A stretch of 64,000 bases of DNA from Nitrospirota bacterium. GTDB taxonomy: Bacteria; Nitrospirota; JACRHJ01. The position numbers and the translations under genes were made by a program. Position 1 is the stretch's first letter. Each line of letters opens with the position of its first letter. Shown one piece after another: positions 44,503-64,000 of this stretch. The stretch covers positions 32,001-96,000 of the forward strand of contig CAVTDB010000026.1 of assembly GCA_963733375.1 (NCBI GenBank), read 5' to 3'. The notes beneath the pieces are model-generated. The model was not told the DNA's origin. It ran no database searches and was given only the letters and a program-made list of their open reading frames with translations.

Positions 44503-45033
44503 ATGGACAAGGAATGGTATGTGGTGCATACCTACTCGGGTTTTGAAGGGAAAGTAAAATCGAGTATCGAGGAGCGCGCGAGGTCGCTGGGACTTCAGGA
44601 CAGGATAAGCCAGATACTGGTGCCGACCGAGGACGTGGTTGAGCTCCGTAACGGCAAGAAGCGCACCTCGACAAGGAAGTTCTTTCCCGGATATATCCTG
44701 GTGGAGATGGAGCTGGACGACGCTACATGGCACCTTGTGAAGGATACTCCGAAGGTGACGGGTTTTGTAGGCGACAAGCAGAAACCCTCCCCGATAACCG
44801 AGGAAGAGGTCGGGCTGATCAGGACCCAGATGGAGGAGGGCGCGGCCCCCGCCAAGCGCGAGGCGGCATTTGCCCACGGCGATACCGTCAGGATAGTGGA
44901 CGGCCCGTTCATCAGCTTCACCGGCACGGTCGAAGAGGTGAACCCGGACCAGGGCAAGCTGAAGGTCATGGTGTCCATTTTCGGGCGCGCCACGCCGGTG
45001 GAACTTGATTTCCTTCAGGTGGAGAAGGCATAG
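44503..45033 (+). CDS. nusG: Transcription factor NusG
   Basis: [18 protein letters not shown] motif, [10 protein letters not shown]. Confidence 0.96.
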   Translation: MDKEWYVVHTYSGFEGKVKSSIEERARSLGLQDRISQILVPTEDVVELRNGKKRTSTRKFFPGYILVEMELDDATWHLVKDTPKVTGFVGDKQKPSPITEEEVGLIRTQMEEGAAPAKREAAFAHGDTVRIVDGPFISFTGTVEEVNPDQGKLKVMVSIFGRATPVELDFLQVEKA

Positions 45034-45159
45034 CAAATTTAAAAAATATCCCGGAACCCCTGAGCGGCGCTCTTTGATGCGAGAGCGCGCTTCTGCCGTT
45101 CAGGGGACCTGGTTTTTAATAAAGCAGATTCTTCTTTTCTAAATATATAGGAGTTCAAA

Positions 45160-45588
45160 ATGCCGAAGAAGGAAATAACCGGATACGTAAAGCTCCAGAT
45201 ACCCGCCGCGAAGGCAAACCCCGCGCCGCCAGTCGGCCCGGCCCTTGGCCAGCACGGCGTGAACATCATGGAGTTCTGCAAGGCTTATAACGCCCAGACT
45301 CAGGAGATGGCAGGCCAGGTCGTCCCGGTGGTGATTACCATCTACAGCGACAGGACCTTCACCTTCGTGCTGAAGACCCCGCCCGCATCCGAGCTTTTAA
45401 AGAAAGCCGCCGGAATCGTCAAGGGCTCCGGCGTCCCCAACAAGGACAAGGTCGGAAAGGTCTCCGAGGCGCAGGTCCGGGAAATCGCCCAGACGAAGCT
45501 CCCGGATTTAAATGCCGTTGACATCGAAGGCGCGGTCCAGATAATCAGGGGCACCGCCCGCAGCATGGGGATAGACGTTACGGCGTAA
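45160..45588 (+). CDS. rplK: 50S ribosomal protein L11
   Basis: [30 protein letters not shown]. Confidence 0.97.
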   Translation: MPKKEITGYVKLQIPAAKANPAPPVGPALGQHGVNIMEFCKAYNAQTQEMAGQVVPVVITIYSDRTFTFVLKTPPASELLKKAAGIVKGSGVPNKDKVGKVSEAQVREIAQTKLPDLNAVDIEGAVQIIRGTARSMGIDVTA

Positions 45589-45647
45589 GGGCGCAGATCA
45601 AATTTTTCCGGGGAACTACCGCCACCCGGAGAAGGACAATTAGACCG

Positions 45648-45691
45648 GCGGGAGAATAAGGAGAGACGGGAACAGAATTCCGCTCTCACCA
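45648..45691 (+). promoter_or_regulatory. Candidate L1 autoregulatory RNA site before rplA
   Basis: GCGGGAG ... TTCCGCTCTCACCA resembles L1-binding motifs found between rplK and rplA. Confidence 0.35.
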
Positions 45692-45708
45692 TTCGATAAG
45701 GAGAAGAT

Positions 45709-46404
45709 ATGAAACAGAAAAAACTGAAGGCAAGCCTTGCGAAAGTGGACACGTCCAAGCAGTACACGCTGGAAGAGGCGATGGCGCTGGCGAAGGAATG
45801 CCATTTCACGAAATTCGATGAATCGGTTGACCTTGCCGTGATGCTGGGCGTGGACCCGAAGCGCTCCGACCAGATGGTCAGGGGTTCGGTAAACCTGCCG
45901 CACGGGACCGGCAAAACGGTCAGGGTCCTGGCCTTTGCCAAGGGCGAAAAGGAAAGAGAAGCGACCGAAGCCGGCGCGGATTTTGCGGGCGGCGAGGACA
46001 TGGTCGCGAAGGTTCAGGGCGGCTGGATGGACTTCGACAGGGTCGTGGCCACGCCGGACATGATGGGCGCCGTCGGAAAGCTCGGCAAGGTGCTGGGCCC
46101 CAGAGGGCTCATGCCGAGCCCGAAAGTCGGCTCGGTCACGATGGATATAGGCAAGGCGGTCAAGGAGATAAAGGCCGGGAAGGTGGAGTACAGGGTGGAG
46201 AAAGCCGGGATTATCCACGTCCCCGTCGGAAAGGTCTCTTTCGCGCCGGAGAAACTGGCCGAGAACGCGACGGAGGTGCTGGAGTCGCTGATGAAGGCGA
46301 AGCCCGCGACCGCCAAGGGCCGCTATATGAAAAAGATAACCGTGTCCACCACGATGGGACCCGGAATAAGAGTTGACGTGGCGCTTGCCACGGCCTCGAT
46401 GTAA
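45709..46404 (+). CDS. rplA: 50S ribosomal protein L1
   Basis: [35 protein letters not shown]. Confidence 0.97.
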   Translation: MKQKKLKASLAKVDTSKQYTLEEAMALAKECHFTKFDESVDLAVMLGVDPKRSDQMVRGSVNLPHGTGKTVRVLAFAKGEKEREATEAGADFAGGEDMVAKVQGGWMDFDRVVATPDMMGAVGKLGKVLGPRGLMPSPKVGSVTMDIGKAVKEIKAGKVEYRVEKAGIIHVPVGKVSFAPEKLAENATEVLESLMKAKPATAKGRYMKKITVSTTMGPGIRVDVALATASM

Positions 46405-46418
46405 GCTACGGGCAAAAC

Positions 46419-46519
46419 CTTTACCTTTTTAGTAAAAAGGTAAAGCCAAAAACTTTTGGACGGGTTTTACTGTCCGGCTTTCTTTTGGTTACTTTTCTTT
46501 CACCGGAAAGAAAAGTAAC
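46419..46519 (+). repeat. Twin-hairpin intergenic element, rplA-L10 leader
   Basis: CTTTACCTTTTT-AGT-AAAAAGGTAAAG-CCAAAAACTTTT...CTTTCTTTTG-GTTACTTTTCTTTC-ACCG-GAAAGAAAAGTAAC. Confidence 0.9.
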
Positions 46520-46542
46520 GGTTTAGGGCCGGTTGATTTTAA

Positions 46543-46702
46543 AGTCGAAGACAGCAGGAGGGGCAAAGGATAAAAGACATGATGCGTTATTCGTTGTTAA
46601 GAAACGACACGCCGCGATACTTTACCCTGTTCCTTAATTGGCCGAAAGGCCGTCCCGCCGAGACGAGAGGGTAAAAAAATCAATTTCCCCTGTCGACGAC
46701 TT
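46543..46702 (+). ncRNA. Ribosomal protein L10 leader
   Basis: GTCGAAGACAGCAGG ... CTTAA ... CCCGCCGAGACG upstream of rplJ. Confidence 0.7.
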
Positions 46703-46719
46703 GGAAAGGGGGTTTAAGT

Positions 46720-47242
46720 TTGAAAAAGAATGAAAAGCAGGAGACTGATAGACGAGCTTCATGGGAAATTCGAAGCCGCCAAGGCCACGATTATCACGGA
46801 GTACAAGGGCCTGACTGTCGCCGAGATCACGGAGCTTAGAAACGAGCTCCGAAAGGGCCAGCTCGAGTACAGGGTCGTGAAAAATACCCTGGCGATAAGG
46901 GCGGCCGCGGGCACGTCCGCTTCCAAGCTGGTCGAGTACATGCAGGGCCCGACCGGGCTTGTGCTTGGTTTCGGAGACCCGGTGGCGCCGGCGAAGGCGG
47001 TTACCGAATTCGCAAAGAAGCGGGATAAGCTGAAGATAAAGGTTGGCGTAATCGAGGGCCAGCTTGCGGACGACAAGCAGCTTAAAGCGATAGCGATGCT
47101 GCCGTCCAGGGAACAGTTGCTTTCCCAGATGGCCGCGGGCTTCCAGGCGCCGGCTTCACAGATGGTAAGGCTGTTGAACGCAACGGTCGCAAGGCTTGGT
47201 TATGCGTTAAACGCGCTCAAGGATCAGAAGGCATCAACTTAA
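46720..47242 (+). CDS. rplJ: 50S ribosomal protein L10 (TTG start, early frameshift)
   Basis: YKGLTV, VVKNTL, LPSREQL. Confidence 0.93.
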
Positions 47243-47272
47243 TTTTCAAGTCGGATACAGGAGAGAAAAAAA

Positions 47273-47653
47273 ATGGCAGACGTTACAAAAGATCAGGTTT
47301 TCACGTTCATCGATAACATGACCATACTCCAGATGAGCGAGTTCATCAAGGAATTCGAAGAGCGCTATGGCGTAACCGCCGCGGCCCCCGTCGCAGTCGC
47401 GGCCGCAGCCGCTGGCGCGGCGCCGGCAGCCGAAGAGGAGAAGACCGCTTTCGACGTCATCCTCACCTCGGCGGGCGACAAGAAGATACAGGTAATCAAG
47501 GTCGTGCGCGAGCTGACCGGCCTTGGCCTCAAGGAGGCGAAAGACCTGGTGGACGGCGCTCCCAAGGAAGTAAAGGGCGGCGTATCCAAGGAAGAGGCTG
47601 CCTCGATAAAGGCGAAGCTTGAAGAGCAGGGCGCGGGAGTAGAGGTAAAGTAG
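47273..47653 (+). CDS. rplL: 50S ribosomal protein L7/L12
   Basis: Ala hinge, [23 protein letters not shown]. Confidence 0.97.
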   Translation: MADVTKDQVFTFIDNMTILQMSEFIKEFEERYGVTAAAPVAVAAAAAGAAPAAEEEKTAFDVILTSAGDKKIQVIKVVRELTGLGLKEAKDLVDGAPKEVKGGVSKEEAASIKAKLEEQGAGVEVK

Positions 47654-47664
47654 GTGCATTCCCT

Positions 47665-47712
47665 GGCTGTTGGTCCTCCGGCCGAAACGGTCCGGAGGGC
47701 CGACGGCTTTTT
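47665..47712 (+). terminator. Terminator/attenuator-like hairpin between rplL and rpoB
   Basis: GCTGTTGGTCCTCCG...CGGAGGGCCGACGGC followed by TTTTT. Confidence 0.65.
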
Positions 47713-47779
47713 GTGTCTTATGAGCATGAGTAAAAACGTCCTTTAAAAGGGACATATCAGATAAAATCAAGGAGAGTAG

Positions 47780-51772
<3,993 letters not shown>

Positions 51773-51810
51773 AGAAGGGATGGGATCATCCATCTATCGG
51801 AGGTAATGAA

Positions 51811-56071
<4,261 letters not shown>

Positions 56072-56099
56072 CTGAAACAAAAGAGATATTTAAAAAGCT

Positions 56100-56140
56100 G
56101 GGCGTCCTCCGGGACCGGGGGACGCCCTCCTTTATTTTTT
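56100..56140 (+). terminator. Intrinsic terminator after rpoC
   Basis: GGGCGTCCTCC-GGGACC-GGGGGACGCCC then T-rich tract. Confidence 0.7.
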
Positions 56141-56164
56141 ATTTCTTTTGTGTATAATTAATAC

Positions 56165-56194
56165 TTGACATGACGCATTAGATTGGGCTATAAT
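56165..56194 (+). promoter_or_regulatory. sigma70 promoter of str operon
   Basis: TTGACA-18nt-TATAAT. Confidence 0.75.
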
Positions 56195-56282
56195 CCGCGA
56201 GTTTTGGCCGATAAATCTGTTTTTTGCTAAGCATCGGAAAAAACAAGGGTATTTTTAAAAGAATGTTTCCTGGAGGTTGGGC

Positions 56283-56657
56283 GTGCCGACTATTAACCAG
56301 TTAGTGAGGAGCAGCAGGGAGAAAATCTCCATAAAGAGCAAAAGCCCTGCTCTTAAGAGTTGCCCGCAGAAAAGAGGCGTCTGTGTCAGGGTTTACACCA
56401 CTACGCCCAAAAAGCCGAACTCGGCGCTTCGGAAGGTGGCCAGGGTCCGTCTGACGAACCAGATGGAAGTCACCACCTATATCCCGGGCGTGGGGCATAA
56501 CCTGCAGGAGCACTCCATAGTCCTCATCAGGGGCGGCAGGGTAAAGGACCTTCCAGGAGTAAGATATCATATAATCCGCGGGACCTTGGATACTACAGGC
56601 GTGGCGAACCGCAAGCAGGGCCGTTCAAAATACGGCGCCAAGCGGCCCAAGGCCTAA
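56283..56657 (+). CDS. rpsL: 30S ribosomal protein S12
   Basis: [25 protein letters not shown]. Confidence 0.97.
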   Translation: MPTINQLVRSSREKISIKSKSPALKSCPQKRGVCVRVYTTTPKKPNSALRKVARVRLTNQMEVTTYIPGVGHNLQEHSIVLIRGGRVKDLPGVRYHIIRGTLDTTGVANRKQGRSKYGAKRPKA

Positions 56658-56668
56658 GGAGGAGAGAG

Positions 56669-57139
56669 ATGCCGAGAAGAAGAGAAGTACCCAAAAGGGA
56701 AACCCTCCCGGACCCGAAGTTCAATAACAAACTGGTCGGCAAGTTTATGAGCTGCCTGATGATCGAGGGCAAGAAGAGCGTCGCCGAGCATATAACCTAT
56801 GGCGCGTTCGACATTATAAAGGACAAGACCAACGGCGACCCCCTGAAGACTTTCAAGACCGCGCTCGATAACATAAAGCCGGCTGTCGAAGTCAAATCCC
56901 GCAGGGTCGGCGGCGCGTCATATCAGGTGCCGGTGGATATCCGCCCGAACAGGAGGATGGCGCTTGGCATCAGGTGGCTCATCATATTCGCCCGCAAGAG
57001 GGGCGAAAAGACAATGAGGGAGCGTCTTGCGGCCGAGCTTATGGACGCGGCGAACAACACCGGGGCGGCAGTAAGGAAGAAGGAGGATACCCACAAGATG
57101 GCGGAGGCGAACAAAGCCTTTGCGCATTACAGGTGGTAA
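56669..57139 (+). CDS. rpsG: 30S ribosomal protein S7
   Basis: [27 protein letters not shown]. Confidence 0.97.
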   Translation: MPRRREVPKRETLPDPKFNNKLVGKFMSCLMIEGKKSVAEHITYGAFDIIKDKTNGDPLKTFKTALDNIKPAVEVKSRRVGGASYQVPVDIRPNRRMALGIRWLIIFARKRGEKTMRERLAAELMDAANNTGAAVRKKEDTHKMAEANKAFAHYRW

Positions 57140-57147
57140 AAATATAG

Positions 57148-59268
57148 ATGGCACAAGCAGTTGAAAAGACAACAGGGTCGGGTAAAGTGAAGAGGCAGTT
57201 CCCTCTCGAGGACACCCGTAATATAGGCATAATGGCGCACATCGACGCGGGCAAAACCACGACGACCGAGCGCATCCTGTACTACACCGGCGTATCCTAT
57301 AAAATAGGCGAAGTGCACGAAGGCACCGCCGTAATGGACTGGATGGTTCAGGAGCAGGAGAGGGGCATCACCATAACCTCCGCCGCCACTACGTGTGCCT
57401 GGAAGGGAAAGCGCATCAATATAATAGATACGCCGGGCCACGTGGATTTCACCATCGAGGTCGAGCGTTCTCTTCGCGTGCTGGACGGCGCGGTTGCGGT
57501 ATTCGATTCCGTCGCGGGCGTCGAGCCCCAGTCGGAGACGGTATGGCGCCAGGCGGATAAGTACGAGGTCCCCAGGATAGCCTTCATGAATAAAATGGAC
57601 AGGACGGGCGCGGACTTCTACCGTTCAGTCCAGACCATGATAGACCGCCTTGGAGCGAGGCCTGTCCCGATCCAGCTGCCCATAGGCAGGGAAGAGAACT
57701 TCAAAGGGATAATAGACCTGGTCCGGATGAAGGCCGTGCTTTTCCTGGACGAAACACTCGGCGCCAAGTTCGAGGAGTCTGAAATCCCTGAGGACATGAC
57801 AGCCAAGGCCCAGGAGTACCGCGAGAAGATGATCGAGGCGCTGTCCGACGTGAACGACGCCCTCATGGAGAAGTATCTCGGCGGGGAAACCATATCCGAG
57901 GAAGAGATAAAGGCCGCCCTGCGCGAAGGCACGATTAAATTAAAAATAACCCCATGCACCTGCGGCACCGCGTTCAAGAACAAAGGCGTACAGACTCTGC
58001 TGGATGCGGTGGTGGACTATCTTCCTTCGCCTCTCGACGTCCCGCCGGTAGTTGGGAAGCACCCGAGCAGCGGCGACGAGGTTGTGCGTAAAGCGGACGA
58101 CAGCGAGCCGTTCTCCGCGCTGGCCTTTAAAATAATGACTGACCCGTTCGTCGGCCAGCTCACCTTCTTCAGGGTGTACTCCGGCACGATGAACGCGGGC
58201 TCCTACGTATACAATGCGACCAAGGACAACAAGGAGCGCGTCGGCCGCATCCTCAAGATGCATGCCAACAAGCGCGAGGATATAGACGTAGTCTATGCGG
58301 GCGATATCGCCGCCGCGGTCGGGCTTAAGAATACCACGACCGGCGACACTCTCTGCGACATAAGCCACCCGGTAATCCTGGAGAAGATGGAGTTCCCGGA
58401 CCCGGTTATATCCGTCGCCATCGAGCCCAAGACCAAGATCGACCAGGAGAGGCTTGGGAGTTCGCTCTCAAAGCTGGCCCAGGAAGATCCTTCATTCAGG
58501 GTAAAGACTGACGAGGAGACCGGACAGACGATAATCTCCGGCATGGGCGAGCTCCACCTGGAGATCATAGTGGACAGGCTCCTGCGCGAGTTCAAGGTGG
58601 ACGCGAACGTGGGCAAGCCCCAGGTCGCCTACCGCGAGACGATCCGCAAGAAGGTCGAATCCCAGGGCAAGTTCGTGCGTCAGAGCGGCGGCCGTGGCCA
58701 GTACGGCGACGTGTGGCTCACCATTGAGCCGAACGAGCAGGGCGCAGGCTTCGAGTTCGTCAATAAGATAGTAGGCGGCGTGGTCCCCAGGGAATACATC
58801 CCGGCGGTCGAGAAGGGCGTCAAGGAGGCGATGGACGGCGGCGTGCTGGCCGGCTATCCGATGGTGGACATAAAAGTCACTATAATCGACGGTTCCTACC
58901 ACGATGTCGATTCCTCTGAAATGGCCTTCAAGATTGCAGGCTCGATGGGCTTCAAGGCGGGCGTTGCGAAGGCTGGAGCCGTCCTGCTCGAGCCGGTGAT
59001 GTCCGTGGAAGTCGTCGTGGCGGAAGAATATATGGGCGACGTTATAGGGGACTTAAACTCAAGGCGCGGGAAGATACAGGGCATGGAGCCCAGGGGCACC
59101 GCGCAGGTTATACAGGCGATGGTGCCGCTTTCACAGATGTTCGGCTATTCGACCGACCTTCGCTCCGCGACCCAGGGCAGGGCTACTTATACCATGCAGT
59201 TCTCGCATTACGAAGAGGTCCCCAAGGGGCTTGCGGACGAGATAATCGCCAAGGTCAAGGGCGAATAA
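57148..59268 (+). CDS. fusA: Elongation factor G (start may be GTG 57187)
   Basis: [34 protein letters not shown]. Confidence 0.97.
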   Translation: MAQAVEKTTGSGKVKRQFPLEDTRNIGIMAHIDAGKTTTTERILYYTGVSYKIGEVHEGTAVMDWMVQEQERGITITSAATTCAWKGKRINIIDTPGHVDFTIEVERSLRVLDGAVAVFDSVAGVEPQSETVWRQADKYEVPRIAFMNKMDRTGADFYRSVQTMIDRLGARPVPIQLPIGREENFKGIIDLVRMKAVLFLDETLGAKFEESEIPEDMTAKAQEYREKMIEALSDVNDALMEKYLGGETISEEEIKAALREGTIKLKITPCTCGTAFKNKGVQTLLDAVVDYLPSPLDVPPVVGKHPSSGDEVVRKADDSEPFSALAFKIMTDPFVGQLTFFRVYSGTMNAGSYVYNATKDNKERVGRILKMHANKREDIDVVYAGDIAAAVGLKNTTTGDTLCDISHPVILEKMEFPDPVISVAIEPKTKIDQERLGSSLSKLAQEDPSFRVKTDEETGQTIISGMGELHLEIIVDRLLREFKVDANVGKPQVAYRETIRKKVESQGKFVRQSGGRGQYGDVWLTIEPNEQGAGFEFVNKIVGGVVPREYIPAVEKGVKEAMDGGVLAGYPMVDIKVTIIDGSYHDVDSSEMAFKIAGSMGFKAGVAKAGAVLLEPVMSVEVVVAEEYMGDVIGDLNSRRGKIQGMEPRGTAQVIQAMVPLSQMFGYSTDLRSATQGRATYTMQFSHYEEVPKGLADEIIAKVKGE

Positions 59269-59304
59269 AAGGCGAAATTATCCCGTTCAACAGGAGGGTT
59301 TATC

Positions 59305-60505
59305 ATGGCTAAAGAGAAATTTGAGAGGAAGAAGCCCCACGTTAACGTAGGCACGATAGGCCACGTTGACCACGGTAAGACGACCTTGACGGCTGCGATA
59401 ACGAAGGTATTGGCGACGAAGGGTCAGGCGAAGTTTACGGCGTTCGACCAGATAGACAAGGCCCCCGAGGAGCGTGAGAGGGGCATCACGATAGCGACGG
59501 CGCACGTGGAGTACGAGACGGATCGCCCGCCATTACGCTCACGTTGACTGCCCTGGCCATGCCGACTATGTAAAGAACATGATAACGGGCGCGGCGCAGA
59601 TGGACGGCGCGATACTCGTCGTATCGGCGGCGGACGGCCCGATGCCCCAGACGCGCGAGCATATCCTTCTTGCCCGTCAGGTCGGCGTGCCTTTCATAGT
59701 TGTATTCATGAACAAGGTAGACACGGTGGACGACCCCGAGCTTTTAGAGCTTGTCGAGCTTGAGCTTCGCGAGCTTTTATCAAAATACGAGTTCCCCGGC
59801 GACGATATACCAATCATCAAGGGCAGCGCGCTGAAGGCTCTGGAGTCTGCCTCGACGAGCCCGGACGCGGAAGAGTACAAGTGCATATGGGAGCTGATGG
59901 CCGCGGTCGACAGCTACATCCCGACGCCTGAGCGCGCCATCGACAAGCCGTTCCTTATGCCTGTCGAGGACGTTTTCACGATCTCCGGACGCGGCACTGT
60001 CATAACGGGCAGGGTCGAGAGGGGCGTTGTGAAGGTCGGCGAAGAGATGGAGATAGTCGGCATCCGGGACACCCAGAAGACGGTTGTGACGGGAGTCGAG
60101 ATGTTCCGGAAGCTGCTTGACCAGGGCCAGGCCGGCGACAACATCGGCGTCCTTCTTCGCGGCACGAAGAAAGAGGACGTGGAGCGCGGCATGGTGCTTG
60201 CCAAGCCGAAGTCGATCACCCCTCATACGAAGTTCAAGGCTGAGGCGTACATCCTTACGAAAGAGGAAGGCGGGCGACATACGCCCTTCTTCAACGGCTA
60301 CCGTCCGCAGTTCTACTTCCGGACGACGGACGTGACGGGCGTGGTGAAGCTTCCGGAAGGCGTCGAGATGGTAATGCCCGGCGACAACGTTTCGATGGAA
60401 GTGGACCTCATAACCCCGATAGCGTGCGAGAAGGAGCTCCGCTTCGCGATACGCGAGGGCGGACGCACCGTCGGCGCAGGCGTCGTGGCGGATATAATCG
60501 AGTAA
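59305..60505 (+). CDS. tuf: Elongation factor Tu, copy 2 (indel near 59524)
   Basis: Near-identical to 42677-43876. Confidence 0.97.
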
Positions 60506-60515
60506 AGGGCAAACC

Positions 60516-60611
60516 GTTACCTTTTTAGAAAAAAGGTAATGCCAAAAACTTTTAGAGTGTTTTTAGTCCGGCTTTCTTTTGGTACTTTTCTTTCACCCGA
60601 AAGAAAAGTAC
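60516..60611 (+). repeat. Twin-hairpin intergenic element, tuf-rpsJ
   Basis: GTTACCTTTTT-AGA-AAAAAGGTAAT-GCCAAAAACTTTT...CTTTCTTTTG-GTACTTTTCTTTC-ACCC-GAAAGAAAAGTAC. Confidence 0.9.
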
Positions 60612-60639
60612 GGTCTTAAAAATAATGAGGGTGTGAGAC

Positions 60640-60945
60640 GTGGCACAAAAAATAAGGATAAGGCTTAACGCCTACGACCACAGGCTGCTTGACCAGTCGG
60701 TGACCGAAATAGTGGACACGGCGAAAAGGACCGGCGCAAGGGTGTCCGGGCCGGTGCCCCTGCCCACCAAGATAAACAGGTACACAGTGCTCCGGTCCCC
60801 GCACGTGGACAAGAAGTCCAGAGAGCAGTTCGAGATAAGGACGCACAAGCGCCTTATCGACATCCTGGACCCGACCCCGCAGACCGTTGACGCGCTAATG
60901 AAGCTCGACCTTTCCGCGGGCGTAGACGTGGAGATAAAGTTATGA
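60640..60945 (+). CDS. rpsJ: 30S ribosomal protein S10
   Basis: KIRIRL.AYD, GPVPLPT, SREQFE.RTHKR. Confidence 0.97.
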   Translation: MAQKIRIRLNAYDHRLLDQSVTEIVDTAKRTGARVSGPVPLPTKINRYTVLRSPHVDKKSREQFEIRTHKRLIDILDPTPQTVDALMKLDLSAGVDVEIKL

Positions 60946-61560
60946 TCAGCGGCATAATAGGCAAAAAACTGGGCATGACCCAGGTCTTTACGGAAGACGG
61001 GCGCGTGACTCCTGTCACGGTCATCGAGGCCGGGCCGTGCGCGGTCATCCAGAAAAAGACAGTCCCTTCGGACGGCTATGACGCGGTGCAGATAGGCTTC
61101 CTCGAAGTGAAAGAGAAAAAGGCGAACAAGCCGATGGCGGGCCATTTCAAGAAGTCCGGCACGGCGGCCTACAGGCACCTGAGGGAGTTCAAGGGCGATT
61201 CCTCCGACATGGAGCCGGGTTCCAAGGTGACCGTGGAGATATTCGCCAAAGGGCGACAAGGTCTCCGTCATCGGGACGTCCAAGGGCAAGGGTTTCCAGG
61301 GCGTCATCAAGCTCCACCACTTCAAGGGCGGCGGCGCGACTCACGGCTCGATGTTCCACAGGGAGCCGGGCGGCATAGGGTCGTCCGCATGGCCTTCCAG
61401 GGTATGGAAAAACAAGAAGCTCCCGGCCCACATGGGCGACAACCGGGTCACCACGCGGGGACTCGAAATCGTCGAAGTAAAGGGCCAGGACAATTTGTTG
61501 TTAATAAAAGGCGCAATCCCCGGAGCCCCCGGCGGTATCGTCATCGTAAACAAGATATAA
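60942..61560 (+). CDS. rplC: 50S ribosomal protein L3 (frameshift near 61250)
   Basis: [32 protein letters not shown]. Confidence 0.95.
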
Positions 61561-61582
61561 GGGCAGTCCCAAGGAGACCAGG

Positions 61583-62206
61583 ATGCCAGCGGTAGATATA
61601 ATAGACGCGAAAAATAATAAAGCCGGGAAGGTGGACCTCTCGGATGACGTGTTCGGGGTAAAGGCCAATTCCGGCCTGATCCACGAAGCCTTCATCATGC
61701 AGATGGCGAACGCCAGGCAGGGTACGAACGAGACCAAAACCCGCCATTTCGTAAGCGGCGGCGGCGTTAAGCCGTTCCGTCAGAAGGGGACTGGCCGGGC
61801 ACGCGCGGGCTCTTCCCGTTCGGGCTTATGGAGGCACGGCGGAGTTATATTAGGCCCGCACCCCAGGGATTATTCCTACTCCATGCCAAAGAAGGCGGCG
61901 AGGCTGGCGCTGGCGGCGGTGCTCTCGGCGAAGCTTAGGGACGGTGAGCTTATTGTCCTGGACAAGCTGACGTTCGCGGAGCCGAAGACTAAAGAGGCGG
62001 CGGCGCTTATCTCCTCTTTGGGCATCACCGGCACCACCATGGTGCTGACCTCCGAGACGGACAGGAACGTCTACCTTGCGGCGCGCAACATTCCGGGCGT
62101 GAAGGTATGCCGGGTGGAGAACATAAATATCTACGACGTCCTCAAGTACAAGAACCTGGTTTCCGACAGGGAGTCGTTGGAGAAGCTCCAGGAGGCGCTC
62201 TCATGA
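61583..62206 (+). CDS. rplD: 50S ribosomal protein L4
   Basis: RQGT, KPFRQKGTGRARAGS. Confidence 0.96.
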   Translation: MPAVDIIDAKNNKAGKVDLSDDVFGVKANSGLIHEAFIMQMANARQGTNETKTRHFVSGGGVKPFRQKGTGRARAGSSRSGLWRHGGVILGPHPRDYSYSMPKKAARLALAAVLSAKLRDGELIVLDKLTFAEPKTKEAAALISSLGITGTTMVLTSETDRNVYLAARNIPGVKVCRVENINIYDVLKYKNLVSDRESLEKLQEALS

Positions 62207-62497
62207 AAAGCATATACGACGTAATAAAGAAGCCCCTCATTACGGAGAAGGGTTCTGACTCTGAAGGAAACCCAGAACAAGATAGTGCTTCAGGTTTCCA
62301 CGGAAGCGAACAAGATAGAGATAAAGAACGCGGTCGAGGCCGTTTTCAAGGTAAAGGTCGAAGAAGTGAGGACGATGGTCTTCAAGGGGAAAAAGAAGCG
62401 CCTGGGCGCCAGACAGGGCGTACGCTCGGACTGGAAGAAGGCGGTCGTTACGCTGAAGGAAGGCCAGACAGTCGAGTACCTTGAAGGCGTGAAATAG
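62203..62497 (+). CDS. rplW: 50S ribosomal protein L23 (frameshift)
   Basis: PLITEK, ANKIEIK.AVE, WKKAVVTL. Confidence 0.94.
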
Positions 62498-62574
62498 CTT
62501 TGGCAAGTGGGAGCGGTGTCGGCTACGACATGGCACTGGCATTTGAGAGCGTGAATTTTGGGAGTATACGTTAA

Positions 62575-63393
62575 ATGGCTATAAAATCATATAAACCGAC
62601 CTCTCCGGCAAGGCGCTTCCAGACGGTGGACACCTTCGAGAACATCACCAAGACGGAGCCCGAAAAGAGTCTGGTAAAGGTATATTCCAAGAGCGCCGGC
62701 AGGAACTGCTACGGCAGGATAACGGTCCGCAGGCGTGGCGGCGGCGCCAAAAGGGCGTACAGGATAATCGATTTCAAGAGGGACAAGGACGGAATACCCG
62801 CCAAGGTCGCAAGTATTGAATACGACCCGAACAGGAGCTCCAGGATCGCCCTCCTGCACTACGCCGACGGCGAAAAACGTTATATCCTCGCGCCGGTCGG
62901 GCTTAAGGTGGGGGACAATTTAATGTCCGGGCCGGAATCGGATATACTGCCCGGCAACTGCCTGCCGCTTCGGAACATCCCGTTCGGTACGCAGGTGCAC
63001 AACGTGGAGATGAGACTTGGCGGCGGCGGCCAGATGGTCAAGAGCGCCGGCTCATATGCGCAGCTGATGGCGAAAGAGGGCAGATACGCCCAGCTAAGGC
63101 TCCCGTCCGGCGAGGTGCGCCTGGTCCTGATGGACTGCAAGGCGTCCATCGGCCAGGTAAGCAACATCGACCACGAAAATATATCCCTGGGCAAGGCGGG
63201 CCGTGCCCGCTGGCTCGGCAAAAGGCCGAAGGTCAGGGGTGTCGCGATGAACCCGGTGGACCATCCCCTTGGCGGCGGCGAGGGCCGCTCCTCGGGCGGA
63301 AGGCCGCCCTGTTCTCCCTGGGGCAAGCCGGAAGGCGTAAAGACCCGGAAGAGCAGGAACGGGGACAAGTTCATAGTCAAGAAGAGGAAGTAG
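62575..63393 (+). CDS. rplB: 50S ribosomal protein L2
   Basis: [22 protein letters not shown]. Confidence 0.97.
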   Translation: MAIKSYKPTSPARRFQTVDTFENITKTEPEKSLVKVYSKSAGRNCYGRITVRRRGGGAKRAYRIIDFKRDKDGIPAKVASIEYDPNRSSRIALLHYADGEKRYILAPVGLKVGDNLMSGPESDILPGNCLPLRNIPFGTQVHNVEMRLGGGGQMVKSAGSYAQLMAKEGRYAQLRLPSGEVRLVLMDCKASIGQVSNIDHENISLGKAGRARWLGKRPKVRGVAMNPVDHPLGGGEGRSSGGRPPCSPWGKPEGVKTRKSRNGDKFIVKKRK

Positions 63394-63423
63394 TTCAAGG
63401 GCTGATTTTTCAGGAGGAGCGCT

Positions 63424-63708
63424 GTGCCAAGATCGGTAAACAAGGGGCCGTACGTCCAGGAAAGCCTGTTGAAGAAGGTAGTTGGGATGAACGAGGCCGG
63501 GGACAAGAAAATCCTGAAGACCTGGTCCAGGAGCAGCATGGTTGTCCCGGAATTCATAGGGCACACTCTGGCCGTACACAACGGAAAGAAGTTCATCCCG
63601 GTATATGTCACGGAAAACATGATAGGCCATAAACTGGGCGAGTTCGCGCCGACTAGGTCATTCAGGAGCCACGGCGGGTCCGAGAAAAAAACTGGAACAG
63701 CGAAATAA
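63424..63708 (+). CDS. rpsS: 30S ribosomal protein S19
   Basis: [21 protein letters not shown]. Confidence 0.97.
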   Translation: MPRSVNKGPYVQESLLKKVVGMNEAGDKKILKTWSRSSMVVPEFIGHTLAVHNGKKFIPVYVTENMIGHKLGEFAPTRSFRSHGGSEKKTGTAK

Positions 63709-63723
63709 GGCTAAGAGGGGTCG

Positions 63724-64000
63724 ATGGAAGCCACTGCAAAGGCAAGATTTATAAGAGTCACGCCCAGAAAGGCGAGGCTTGTAATCGATGTAATACGGGG
63801 TAAAAGAGTGGGCGAGGCGATGAACACCTTAAAGTTCATGCCCCAGCACGCATCCCGTGTGGTTGAGAAGCTGCTGAAATCGGCCATAGCCAACGCGGAA
63901 CAGAAAAACGTATCCGACGTGGACAGGCTTAAAGTGAAGGCGGCGTTCGTAGACCAGGGCCCGGTCATGAAGAGGGTAATGCCTCGCGCGATGGGCAGGG
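63724..64000 (+). CDS. rplV: 50S ribosomal protein L22 (truncated by window end)
   Basis: [31 protein letters not shown]. Confidence 0.95.
   Translation, partial: MEATAKARFIRVTPRKARLVIDVIRGKRVGEAMNTLKFMPQHASRVVEKLLKSAIANAEQKNVSDVDRLKVKAAFVDQGPVMKRVMPRAMGR

Overview
64 kb of a GC-rich Gram-negative bacterial chromosome (Nitrospirota/Desulfobacterota-like by gene content; inference only). It carries many 1-nt indels, even in rpoB, rpoC, tuf and nifH, which look like uncorrected long-read errors. Left to right: (1) a minus-strand metal-uptake locus (outer-membrane beta-barrel + ZnuA/TroA-type binding protein) headed by an unannotated His/CxxC/RPPP leader peptide; (2) a sigma54/NifA-controlled Mo-nitrogenase cluster nifA-nifHDK-nifEN(fused)-nifX-nifI1I2-fdxB-nifQ-modBAC-nifV-nifB, ending near tRNA-Leu; (3) housekeeping genes, including an aldehyde dehydrogenase/aminotransferase/ArcE-like operon, bioA, hpt, degQ and yacL-ispDF-cysE-cysS-rlmB; (4) an AT-rich islet with a ~195-bp direct repeat and an AIPR gene; (5) the tRNA-tuf-rpmG-secE-nusG-rplKAJL-rpoBC, str and S10 clusters. 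The main unexplained signal is a ~100-bp twin-hairpin element with covarying stems, present 7 times (6 full, 1 partial) in both orientations, always within about 15 nt of a stop codon between co-directional nif or translation genes.
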